Assembly: GCA_001244265.2 (NCBI GenBank)
Contig: CDLV01000008.1
Location: 2,046,001 to 2,110,000, forward strand
DNA: 64,000 nt
Source: Microbotryum violaceum
Taxonomy: Eukaryota
Direction: 5' to 3'
Shown: one piece after another, positions 48,946 through 59,347 of the stretch
Numbering within the stretch: the first letter of the stretch is position 1
How the letters are laid out: each line of letters begins with the position of its first letter
Made by a program: the position numbers and the translations under genes
Notes under the pieces: generated by a model
Told to the model about the DNA's origin: nothing
The model's input: the letters and a program-made list of their open reading frames with translations, nothing else
Databases searched by the model: none

Positions 48946-51435
48946 GCATTGCTGAGAAGTATGTGTAATTGTCAATGGGGAGTCTTCTTGCACGTTCGTG
49001 CGGTGAGATTGGAAAAGAGGACGTCAGCCGCTCGGCTTTCTCGTCTTTTGTCCCTCCACACCTCGCTCATTCCCCCTCGCCTCGGTTGATGAACCGCGCC
49101 CTCGGGCGAAGAACCCTGTCAACTTTTACAGAATATCAAATTTGAGGTGTCGAAGGCGAGGTGCGCAGCAGGATCCCGACGTTGACACTTATCCCGGTGA
49201 GCGCAGGTTCGTCCTTCCATCCACCAGCACTTTTCCCCATGAGCTATCCCGCCGATTGCGATGAACTCGGACAGGCTTCTCGAGACAAGTGGATCCGACT
49301 CCCCGTTCAGGGATCGCAGAAGATAACGGTCGATTCGTTGCAGCGTCGGTGTGTCTTACTATACTGGCCTAGCCATTTCTTCCGACTCGATTTTCCGAAG
49401 ATTACTAGGCATTGATATTGTTATGGTGTTATTTGAGCCTAATTCAATCAAAAACAACCGCGGGGCCGACGGCTTCCTCAGCGTGTCCGCTCTCCCTCAT
49501 CAGCGCGCTTTCGCACGATCCCACCGACCTACGAAACAATGGAAGGACCAAGCAAAAAGACCACACCATTGGCCAAGATCTTTCCCAGCCCCTTTTCGTT
49601 CCAAGGTTCGCAGTACAGCGAGGGAAAGACCCCGATCCTCGCTAGACGTGAGTGCGCGTGTTCACCGCTGGTTTCCGCCGGCGCCAAGCACCGTCTACGC
49701 CATAACCCGAGCGAATTCCAGCCCCAGAAACACATCGGAGGAGTGGTATGGCTCATGTTTGAAGCAGCTGCGACAGCATGGTGTGAATCTGCCTCCGTCG
49801 TCACGTGCAATGCTGCTCTTCGCCAGTTCAGTCGCGGCACGCGTGACATGCAACTCCCGTCCGCTAGCGGCGCGTCGGCACGTGCCTGGCTTGGCCCAGG
49901 AAGACCGAGGAAGACGGCTCGCTGCCCGATGTGGGGCACCTCTCTTGAGTGGGCAGCGGCCATCGAGCACCCGTGGTTCGAGCAAGCACATCACCCAAGC
50001 GATCACATCCACTGATCGGCACGTTTTCTTCACGTCTGATATTGTACAGCCCCGTATACCCTCCACGAAATCGAAATGAAAGCGCTGTCATATTCGATTC
50101 GCTCGAATAAGGCCGACTGGCAAACGAAGCGGCTCAGTCGCGAGATCAGAACCAAATGGGCAATAGAGGCCTTGGAGCAGAGCGCGGAGAAAGCGCACAT
50201 GGCGTTCAAGCAGATGACGCTCGAAAGGCAACCCCTAACCTTTTGGATGGTCGACTACGTCTTGGAGGAGCTCGAACAGCACGCGAGGATGGAGCGCGTC
50301 GTCGACGGCCAGTGGAGGGTGAGTAGCCGGTTTTGGCGCTCGCGTGAAGCAGCACCAGCTGACTCGAGTGTACCAACATCATTTGTTCCCGGGTAGGAGA
50401 GCTGCTTTGACGGCATCTTTGAATCGGACCGCCTCATCCCTGATGGTCTACGATCGGCGCTGATTCGTCAAGTTGCCAAGCTCGAAAACGTTCCCGAGGA
50501 ACAAAAGGACTGGCACCCAGGATCGAAGAAGCAGGTCCTCGATCTCGTGCACCCATCTCTGTACCCGCTCGTCTACAAGCAGTCCGTGGTACGCAAATCC
50601 CTTGATGGGGAAATGCAACCAGGCACCACAGCTGCGTCGGCGGTGACCCTCGCCGAAGCACCCGCTCCCAAACCAAGTTCAACGTCCGCCATACCCACCG
50701 GCTTCGACGACGCAGACGAGACCTCGTACCTCTAGAGTCAGTACCAGTGGTTGCCCAGCGACTTTACGCTCGACGAGAATGGAGGAGTATCGATTGATGG
50801 ATACATCAACAACCTGCACCCCGACGACCATGCCGATTTGTACGACACCATCGCCGTCATCTTTTCGCAATTCGTGCCCCTCTTTGACCAGACGCTATCG
50901 GAACTGATCGAACCACGTCCCCGCGCGATCCCTGTTATCGATTCGCATAGCAATCATGGCCTCGCCACCGATGCGATGGACGTATTGGAGCGGGAGGTGG
51001 GGGTTCGACCTTCCGCTCGGGGTAGTCGTGGTGCCTGCATCCTCAGGCAGGGGCAACAACTCCAGCCCTTTCTCATACTTGCCCAACCTCCCCTCCAAAG
51101 CTTCACTCCCTCTCATCAACGTCCCGACCAAAGCCTTCAACGCTCCCGAAGTACACACGAGAAGCTGAGGTCTGAAAATGGCACGAGGTTCGAACGAGGC
51201 GATCGTCGATAAGAGGTGGATCGCAAGTGATTCCACCCTTTCTTCCCTTCTGAATCGCACCAAAGTGTTCTCAAACTTCCCCATCTTTTTTCTCGCGCAG
51301 TCACTCGCGCCATGGCGATCGCAAAGAGCAACATCCACGACACGCGGATTTCGGCCCAGCGCTAGCTTTTAGATCCAAAGACGGGCACATTTCCTATGAT
51401 GCCCTCATTCGTCCTGTAGAGCCGTCGTTTGCTCA

Positions 51436-51552
51436 TCGAGACGGTGTCGCACTACTTTTTCGGGTGCGCGTACTCCGCCAGCTACTGGAGCGGGGTGCTG
51501 CGCATCCTGTTCGACATGCTCGGCATCGAGGATACCGACGTCGATCCGTCGA
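51436..51552 (+). mobile_element. ~115-bp fragment of the zinc-finger region of the L1-like element found at the window end
   Basis: tcatcgagacggtgtcgcactac...gataccgacgtcgatccgtcga is nearly identical to the reverse complement of ~59608-59726 (IETVSHYFFGCAYSASYWSGVLRILFD). Confidence 0.92.
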
Positions 51553-51630
51553 GGTACTAGGTACCGGTCTAGACCCGGTCTACTTGCTTGTACCTGATGG
51601 CGCCCGCCCGGCGTTGACGTTGAAACGTGG

Positions 51631-51683
51631 GCAGCCGCGACAGCCGCGACAGCCGCGACAGCCGCGACAGCCGCGACAGCCGA
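51631..51683. repeat. (CAGCCGCGA)n 9-bp tandem repeat, ~5.5 copies
   Basis: Read directly from the sequence. Confidence 0.9.
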
Positions 51684-53375
51684 CAACACAGGCTGACACT
51701 CGCCGACACTTTAGCTGACGCCGCGCCAGGCTAGGCCCTCGCGGTAGTTCTTGACGATCCAGTAGGCGTACAACTTGGCGACTCCGTAAGGCGGTGTCGA
51801 CGTGAATGACGCGCAAAACCTGCACAAGGTGGCACGAGTGACCTTTGGTGGAGAGCTGTTGAACGATGGACTGGAACGCCGCGCTGCGCTATCGCGGCAA
51901 TCTTAGTTCGTCTCGAGACGAAAGGTTGCCATAACCTTGATCCGCAGCCCTTTTGTCTGCTCGCCAAGTCAGCCCGTGGAGCAAGTGCAGCTGCGCTCGT
52001 GGCCCAGGCGGGGGTAGACCCAAGTTTTCCTCGAGAAGTCGTCGACGAATGTGACGCAGCCGAGATCGATCGAGTACAACGCGACTACGGCCGTAACGTG
52101 TTCGACATCCCCTTTCGATCGCTACGACGGCGACGACGACGACGACGACTCACCGAGGACCGGTACGATAGCAGCGAATTTGACGAAGATGAATGGATGG
52201 AAAATTACGGGTCCGATTTCGAGGAAGCTATAATACAAGACGCCTTGGACGAGGCTCGAGAGAGGTGGGAAATGTCGCGCGAGATCACCTTGCCGGCCCC
52301 CCAGGGTGTGTTCCACCCCGCTCCGGAAGATGCGATCCGCCGCAAGATCGAAAACCCCACATTCACGATCAAGGGGCGCACCGTGCAGGTTATTGTAAAG
52401 CTCGACAATATCGTCCTTACCCCCGATCAGCCCACCTACACCGGCGGGGTATGGCACGTCGAAGGAATGAAGAACGAGTCGATCGTCGCGACGGGCATCT
52501 ACTACTACGACCAGGTGAACATTGACGGCTCGTCGCTCGCCTTCCGAGGCACGTTCGACGAGACCGAGCTCCCCTATGAGCAGAACGACGAGGGTAGGGT
52601 GGAGATCGTTTTTGGGATCCACGGGGACGGACCGACGATGCAGTCGTACAACTCGGTCGCGACGACCCACAACCGGTGCTTGATGTTCCCCAACATTTAT
52701 CAGCATCGCGTCCCTTCGTTTTCCCTGCGCGACCGCACCAAGCCGGGGCACCGCAAGATCCTCGTCTTTTTTCTTGGTCGATCCGTTGCGCCCTCGCATC
52801 CCTTCGACGCGGGACGTTGCACCGCAGCAGCGAGAGTGGATCGAACGTGCCTTGTGCGAGTCGACGCCCGGCGCAGATACGGAAGCGGACGACTCCGCAC
52901 CCTCTCGGGGGTCGCTCATCGACCGATTGCCGAACGAACTCTGGGACCGGATCCTCGACTTGACCGACGGGCTAATAACACAGGACGAAGCCAAGGAACA
53001 CCGCAACAAGTTGATGTTTGAGCGCAAGTTCAAGCTCAAGGAGCTCAGCACGGAGGTGTACGAGCGCGAGTTTTCGTTATGCGAGCATTGAATAGAAGAG
53101 CGTGCACCATGGCCGTAAATGTCGTACTATCGGCGGCTCTTTTCGACGTTCGGTATTGCCCGCTATAGTTTTGCAATACTATTTTCTCAGTTGCAGTATG
53201 CTCAAGTAGTGAGGATGTCGATCGAGGCGGGTTGAGTTCTGCCGGTTCATCGTCGCCGTCCCAAAAATGACGTCGTTGCAGAAGTGGATGCACACTATAG
53301 ATATGATCGTTCCCGTTTCTGACGCAATCGTCTTGTTCTCGTGTATGGGTAAGAGACTCGGCCGAAGTTTTAGGG

Positions 53376-53527
53376 GTCCGAGCGCATCCATGCCGTCCGA
53401 GCGCATCCATGCCGTCCGAGCGCATCCATGCCGTCCGAGCGCATCCATGCCGTCCGAGCGCATCCATGCCGTCCGAGCGCATCCATGCCGTCCGAGCGCA
53501 TCCATGCCGTCCGAGCGCATCCATGCC
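53376..53527. repeat. Minisatellite: 8 perfect copies of the 19-bp unit GTCCGAGCGCATCCATGCC
   Basis: Read directly from the sequence; no spacers between units. Confidence 0.97.
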
Positions 53528-56049
53528 GACCATTGGCGTAAGTAGTCGCGCTGGCTCGTGCAAAGGAGCGTCTAGCCATGCAGAGTGACGAATCGACGAT
53601 ATGGGCGACTTGCGCCCGCGAAGTCGAGCCGAAAGTCGGGGGTGAAATCGTAGCGCCCAAAAGCTCGGCGACTTTGAGCGTCATCGCGTCATCAGAGAGG
53701 AGCGAAATTGCCAGTTCTTAAGATAGGTCTAAACGACGCTTGTCATATTACCATAGCAGGACCTGTGCTACTGTTCATGTCACAAAAAAGTGATAGAGAG
53801 TAATGATGCGGGACTGTGCCGACTGGAGCTTGCGAGCATAGCCTGGCAGAGCAATACACATCGGCATTTCGGCGCGGGATATCGCACGCGCGGCAGCTTG
53901 GATCGCCGCCTTGACTCCTCCCCGATCCTTCCCCACTGCTGCGTCCGCGGGTCATCACCGTCTGCAACTCGTACCTCGTACCGCAACGTCGCACGCAAGA
54001 CCCAGCCGTTCGCGATGAACGCCGCTACAGAAATCAAGTTCCCCAATCCTTTTGTACTGGGAACGTTCAGTAATAAGCGTGCGCCTGCCCATGCTGGAGG
54101 TAAGCTCCGAGCTGCTGTGTGTGACTCGATACCCCCATATTCGAGCTCGGGTCATCGTCATCAGCCTTGCGCATCGATAGACTGGTGAGCTCCGAAGCGC
54201 CGAGCGCCTGGATCGAATGCTATGTTTTTGCATTTTTTTTTCCTGCAGTGGATTGGCGACCTCCAGGGAGCTCGTGTCGCCGAGCATATGACTCGAGGCC
54301 TCGCGAACGGGCAACCTGCCGCCGTCTCGCCTAATGACGCGCGGCCTTGCACCGACGCGCTGTTAACTTTTCGGACTGGATCGGCTCACTCGGGCCTTGT
54401 CTCCATGGGAGGTACCCCTAGAATACTCTAATTATCGTCACCCTCTTCATAAATTACATTTCACATTTCACACAGACCTGTGCGCGCTGCAAGAGATCGA
54501 GATGAAGGCCCTATCGTACAAGATCCGCACGACCGAGCCCGACTGGCGCGAGCAACGACACGACCCGGATGTGAAGACGGGGTGGAAGAAGGATGCGCTG
54601 GAAGAGAGCAAACGAAAATCCGAGCGAGAGCAACGCTGCAGCGCCCATCAGCCGATGACGGCGGGAATGATCGACTACGCGTTCGATGAGTTGGAGGATT
54701 TCGCCCGTTTCGACGTCGCGGTGGGCGGCAAGTGGTGGGTGAGTGACGCGGATCAAGTGGCACAACACCGCAGTCGAAATATTCGGATGTAGTGAGTACC
54801 TACTGATGTTTCCCTGCTATTATGACACCCTGGATCCTTTGCGATTAGAAAGCCTGCTTCGACGCAATCTACGAGTCGGATTGCCTCGTCCCTGATGACC
54901 TTCGCATGTCGGTGCTTGGCCAAATCCTCAAGGTGGAGAATGCAAACAGGCCGCGCAATGCAACCTCGCGATCACAAGTCAATGATATCGTCGACCCCTC
55001 GTGGTATCCGCTCATGTACGGCCGAACACTTGTCCGTGCTGGCGAGAGTGATGTGGCTCGCGACCCGCCGACTGTGACCACCGCTCGCGTGGCCGAGAAA
55101 CCTCCAAGGCCCGAGAACACCCAAGAATACAAGTACACCTCGAAAAAGTACCAATGGCTCCCAGCAGACTTTTCAATCGACTCCCAGGGCCAGGTCAAAA
55201 TCCTCTCGTACATCAACAACCTCGATCCCAGCGAGCATATCGCGCTGTACTCGTCCATCGCCAGCGTCTTTACCGAGCTCGTTCCGCTCCTCGATCAGAC
55301 CCTCTCTGATCTTCTTCAGTCTGCTCCTCCTATCATTCATTCTCGCCGCGTGTGTAAGCTACTGGTACGAATATGATTACGTACCTCAGTACTCGAGGCA
55401 CGACTACCTAGGCATGGACAAACACATGCGTCGTCACGCGCGCGAAATGGCCTACCTCGAAAGGCTGGAGCACCGCCGCTTCGTCCTCCCGTCGCCCTCG
55501 TCCTTCAAGCCCTCGAGCACGGAGAAGATTCAAGCGCGGCTTGACAATCCCTGTTTCACTCTCAAAGGTCGTACCGTGCAGGTCATCGTCAAGTTCATCA
55601 ACTACAAGCTGACCCCGGCTCAACCTACCTACGACGGAGGCGAATGGCGTGTCGTCGGGCTCAGGACCGAATGCGTCGTCGCTACAGCGCTCTATTGTTA
55701 CGATGAAGAAAACGTCACAGAATCGTCCCTAGCTTTCCGAAGCACCTTTGACGAGTCCGGTCTGCCCCATCCGCGCTCGGAGGAACACGAATACGCTCTA
55801 GCAAGTATTTTTGGCATCGAGGAAGCCTCGACGACGGTGCAGTTGCTCAATTCGGTGCCGACAACCCAGGGCCGTTGCCTCACGTTCCCCAACGTTTATC
55901 AACATCGAACCGGTCGCTTCTCTGTCCGGGATAAGACCAAACCGGGACACCGCAAACTAGTGGCCTTCTTTTTGGTCGATCCCACGCAGCGCATCACTTC
56001 GACGACCGACGTCGCGCCGCAGCAGCGAGAGTGGATCGAGCGAACCTTG

Positions 56050-56580
56050 TGTTGTGGATTTGGACTTGGAGTACCAATGAATGAATGAAGATTCACTGTA
56101 GCTACACGGCGTTGATAGATGACCTATTGTGAGATAGAGTATCGCCAAGGTCAATCAACTTGTAGCAGGCGAATGGGCGAGATAGATATCGAGTGTGTGT
56201 TTAAATGTATTACAACTAACCTATTGTGAGATAGAGTATTGCCAAGGTCAATCAACTTGTAGCAGGCGAATGGGCGAGATAGATATCGAGTGTGTGTTTA
56301 AATGTATTACAACTAACCTATTGTGAGATAGAGTATTGCCAAGGTCAATCAACTTGTAGCAGGCGAATGGGCGAGATAGATATCAAGTGTGTGTTAAAGA
56401 AGAAGGAGAGAGTGAACGAGACCAGAGCCTTAGATAGTATCCGCGTGCAAGCCACCTCTGAGTCCAATCAATACGCCACACCGCCATCTGCCTCCATCCG
56501 GCGCCGCGCCACGCGCGCGCCAACTTCCCAATGCCACAAGTCCCTCTGGACCGCTGACCCTTTACTAATTTCCCACAACA
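56050..56580. mobile_element. Solo LTR (531 bp) with TGTTGTGG...CCACAACA ends and a 5-bp TSD CCTTG
   Basis: CCTTG at 56045-56049 and 56581-56585; perfect 8-bp inverted termini; excision restores the DUF4246 frame (RTL-LPSKR). Confidence 0.9.
56122..56398. repeat. 97-bp tandem repeat, ~2.8 copies, inside the solo LTR
   Basis: ACCTATTGTGAGATAGAG recurs at 56122, 56219 and 56316. Confidence 0.95.
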
Positions 56581-57499
56581 CCTTGCTCCCATCGAAACGC
56601 ACCATCGACCCCCTGAGCTACTTGGGATCGATCTTTCACAAACTACCGATCGAGCTATGGACTCGCATCCTCGACTTGACCGAGGGCTTGATGAAACCTC
56701 GTGAGGCCAAGTCGCACCGAAATAAGATGGAAGCAGAGCGCAACACCATGCTTAATGCGTACAGCCGAAAGGTGTTTGTCCGCCCAGTCGCCTAGCTAAC
56801 CCCCGCCCGGGCTCGTTGCGCCTTCTTCCGGACATTCTCATTTAGATTCATAGCTGATAAACACCCTGGATCAATCCTCGTTGATCGACGTTTGGACTCC
56901 TGCTTTTTTTTGCTTGTAGACCTCATAGTTTAATGTGCAGTTCAGCCGCATTTTTGTGACCAGTTCCGGGCCGAGTACGAACTTGAAAGCCCCGACGCTG
57001 TCGGAGGCCGAGTACGTCATGGCCAGAATCAAGTATTCTTTTGATTTCAATCTTCATTTCAAGCTATCTGGATTCATAACAGACCTATAACGATTCTGAA
57101 AGAGACGGTGCGCTCGGCGCGGGCCATCAATCGGCTGCTCAAGCCTACAGCGCTATTCGTACGAGCCGGCTCCATCAGTCGCTCAGCAAGCCTGTTGTAT
57201 CACCAAGAAGTCTGACTTGCGATTTAATTTGAATGCGAAAAGGACTTGTCGTTATATTTTCCGAGAGGCTGAAACAAAATACATTTTGCAGCGGAGCATG
57301 CGCTTTGCGGCCCTTGCATAACTTGAAGACTGTACACGTCTCGCGCTCAAACTGTCAGGGAATCTGGCGCGTCAGCGTCAAATTCCCCACCGCCGTGGTG
57401 GAGGTGCGGCCAAGCTGGGACTCGGATTGCCCGATGAGAAATCCAATATTGGAAGATGATGGTTTAATTGCCGAGCATAAAGGGCCAAAGCCAAAGCAG

Positions 57500-58420
57500 T
57501 GAGCAAGACTTGGTTTTCAGTGTCATCCACGAGGGCCATTTTTTTAAGCCAGTGTGATACCCTGTTTTTCTTGTTTTTTGGGGGAGAAACTAGAAGTCGA
57601 CGATCACAACACATTTTTTGTCTTATTTTTTTGTTTTACCGGGGCTCATAAATTGCAATCCTTCGGGTTGGCTGGGACCGCTACAAAAAGAGCTAAAAGA
57701 GGTTCTAAGCAGTGACGACAAGCAGATGGGTGAAACATTTTTTATTTTATTTTTATGTTGAAACTTTTCATCATATTGCCCCCAATTCCTGTTCCCCCTG
57801 ATTGGCCTACAGAAAAACTAGATGGAAGTCGACGATGATAACACAAACCGCCCGCAAGATGCGAGAAACGGGCCGGTGTCCACCAATCCGATACTTGGGA
57901 TTCAAGTGCCCCAGCCAAGCGGTTGCTCCCCCCCAGGAGACGAATGAGAGAGAGAAGGAGAGAGAGAGAGAAAGATAAAAGAGTAACAAAACAATTTACT
58001 AAGCGACAAGAGGCCCACCCCGCCGTCACTTCCCAACTCGGTCGAGACAAAGACAGGAGATCGACTGCGCAGCTACCCTGACCCGCGAAGTCCCAAGTCT
58101 ATGCTCGGTCACAACAAGACGAGGTGGAGGCCCCTCAAAACCTCCACCTCAGCAGTCCCTGGCCCCTCAAAGCCGAGTTTCTGCCTGTGTCTGCTGATCC
58201 CTCCCTTGACTCAGAACCCCGAAGCCAAAGAGCGCGAGTCACCGTCGAGTCAATCTCAAATCGCGAGCCGGTCCATGAGCAACGAAGGCAGACCTGTAAT
58301 AGATGAAAGATGAAAGCAAGATATTTAGTATACAGTGTTTTGTTGGAAGATGAAGCGTGATGGTGTGTGTGTGTGGAATGTGGTGGGGGGAAATCGAACC
58401 CAGCCTCTACTGCCGCCCAG
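57500..58420 (-). mobile_element. Cluster of truncated non-LTR retrotransposon 3' ends
   Basis: 57641-57735 is a diverged copy of 58440-58535, and each is preceded by a T-rich tract (poly-A tail on the minus strand). A further T-rich tail lies at ~57738; 57500-57580 resembles an inverted, diverged copy of ~59115-59190. Confidence 0.55.
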
Positions 58421-58831
58421 GTTTTTTGTTTGTTTAACTGGGCTCATAAATTACGATCCTTCGGGTTGGCTATAATCGCTACAAAAAGAGCTAAAAGAGG
58501 TAATAAAGCAACGACGACAAGCAGCTGGGTGAAAATCAAACCCCTGCGCGCAAAGAGCGCTGCGCAGATCAAAGCCCGCCGAGCACCCAACGCGGACTCC
58601 AACGGGCGGTGAGTACTGCTGCCGCTTCACGTCCCAAGCGCGGGAGCGAAGATACTCGAAACCAGGCAAGAGCGCCTAGAGAAAGAAGGAAGAGAATATA
58701 CAGAAAGTCACAAACGGGAACACCGAGAAAGTAAAATACTAAAACAAGGGGAAAGGAGGGGGAGGAGGGGGGGACACACCCGAGGGACCAAGAAAGGGGT
58801 CGAAGCCAGGGATAGAGGTCCCCAAAGACTA

Positions 58832-59335
<504 letters not shown>

Positions 59336-59347
59336 TTAACTCGGTCA

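Larger units (their letters stand above)
49539..53091 (+). pseudogene. DUF4246-family protein (2OG-Fe(II) oxygenase-like), copy 1; interrupted by a ~1 kb composite insertion at ~50990-52000
   Basis: FPSPF, DWHPGSKKQVLDLVHPSLYPLVY, YQWLPSDF, YINNLHP, QVIVKLDNIVLTP...GGVWHVEGMKNESIVATGIYYYD, FPNIYQHRV, KPGHRKILVFFLVDP, terminal FSLCEH*. An in-frame TAG lies near 50733. Confidence 0.85.
54015..56795 (+). pseudogene. DUF4246-family protein, copy 2; divergent and disrupted near the 3' end by a solo LTR
   Basis: FPNPF, EIEMKALSYKIR, DIVDPSWYPLMYGRT, KYQWLPADF, SYINNLDP, QVIVKFINYKLTP, FPNVYQHR, KPGHRKLVAFFLVDP, VAPQQREWIERTL | LPSKR...LPIELWTRILDLTEG. Confidence 0.85.

Noticed and set aside
37700-52790. 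Programmed frameshifting or pseudogenisation in DNAJC8 (~37720), GUP1 (~40455) and DUF4246 (~52770)
   Set aside because: Each shift falls at or near a homopolymer run in an otherwise conserved frame, so sequencing/assembly indels are more parsimonious.
53376-53527. Possible CRISPR array
   Set aside because: The units are contiguous with no spacers, the context is eukaryotic and there are no cas genes.
56122-56398. 97-bp repeats as a CRISPR-like or independent array
   Set aside because: Whole units are duplicated without unique spacers and lie inside a TSD-bounded solo LTR.
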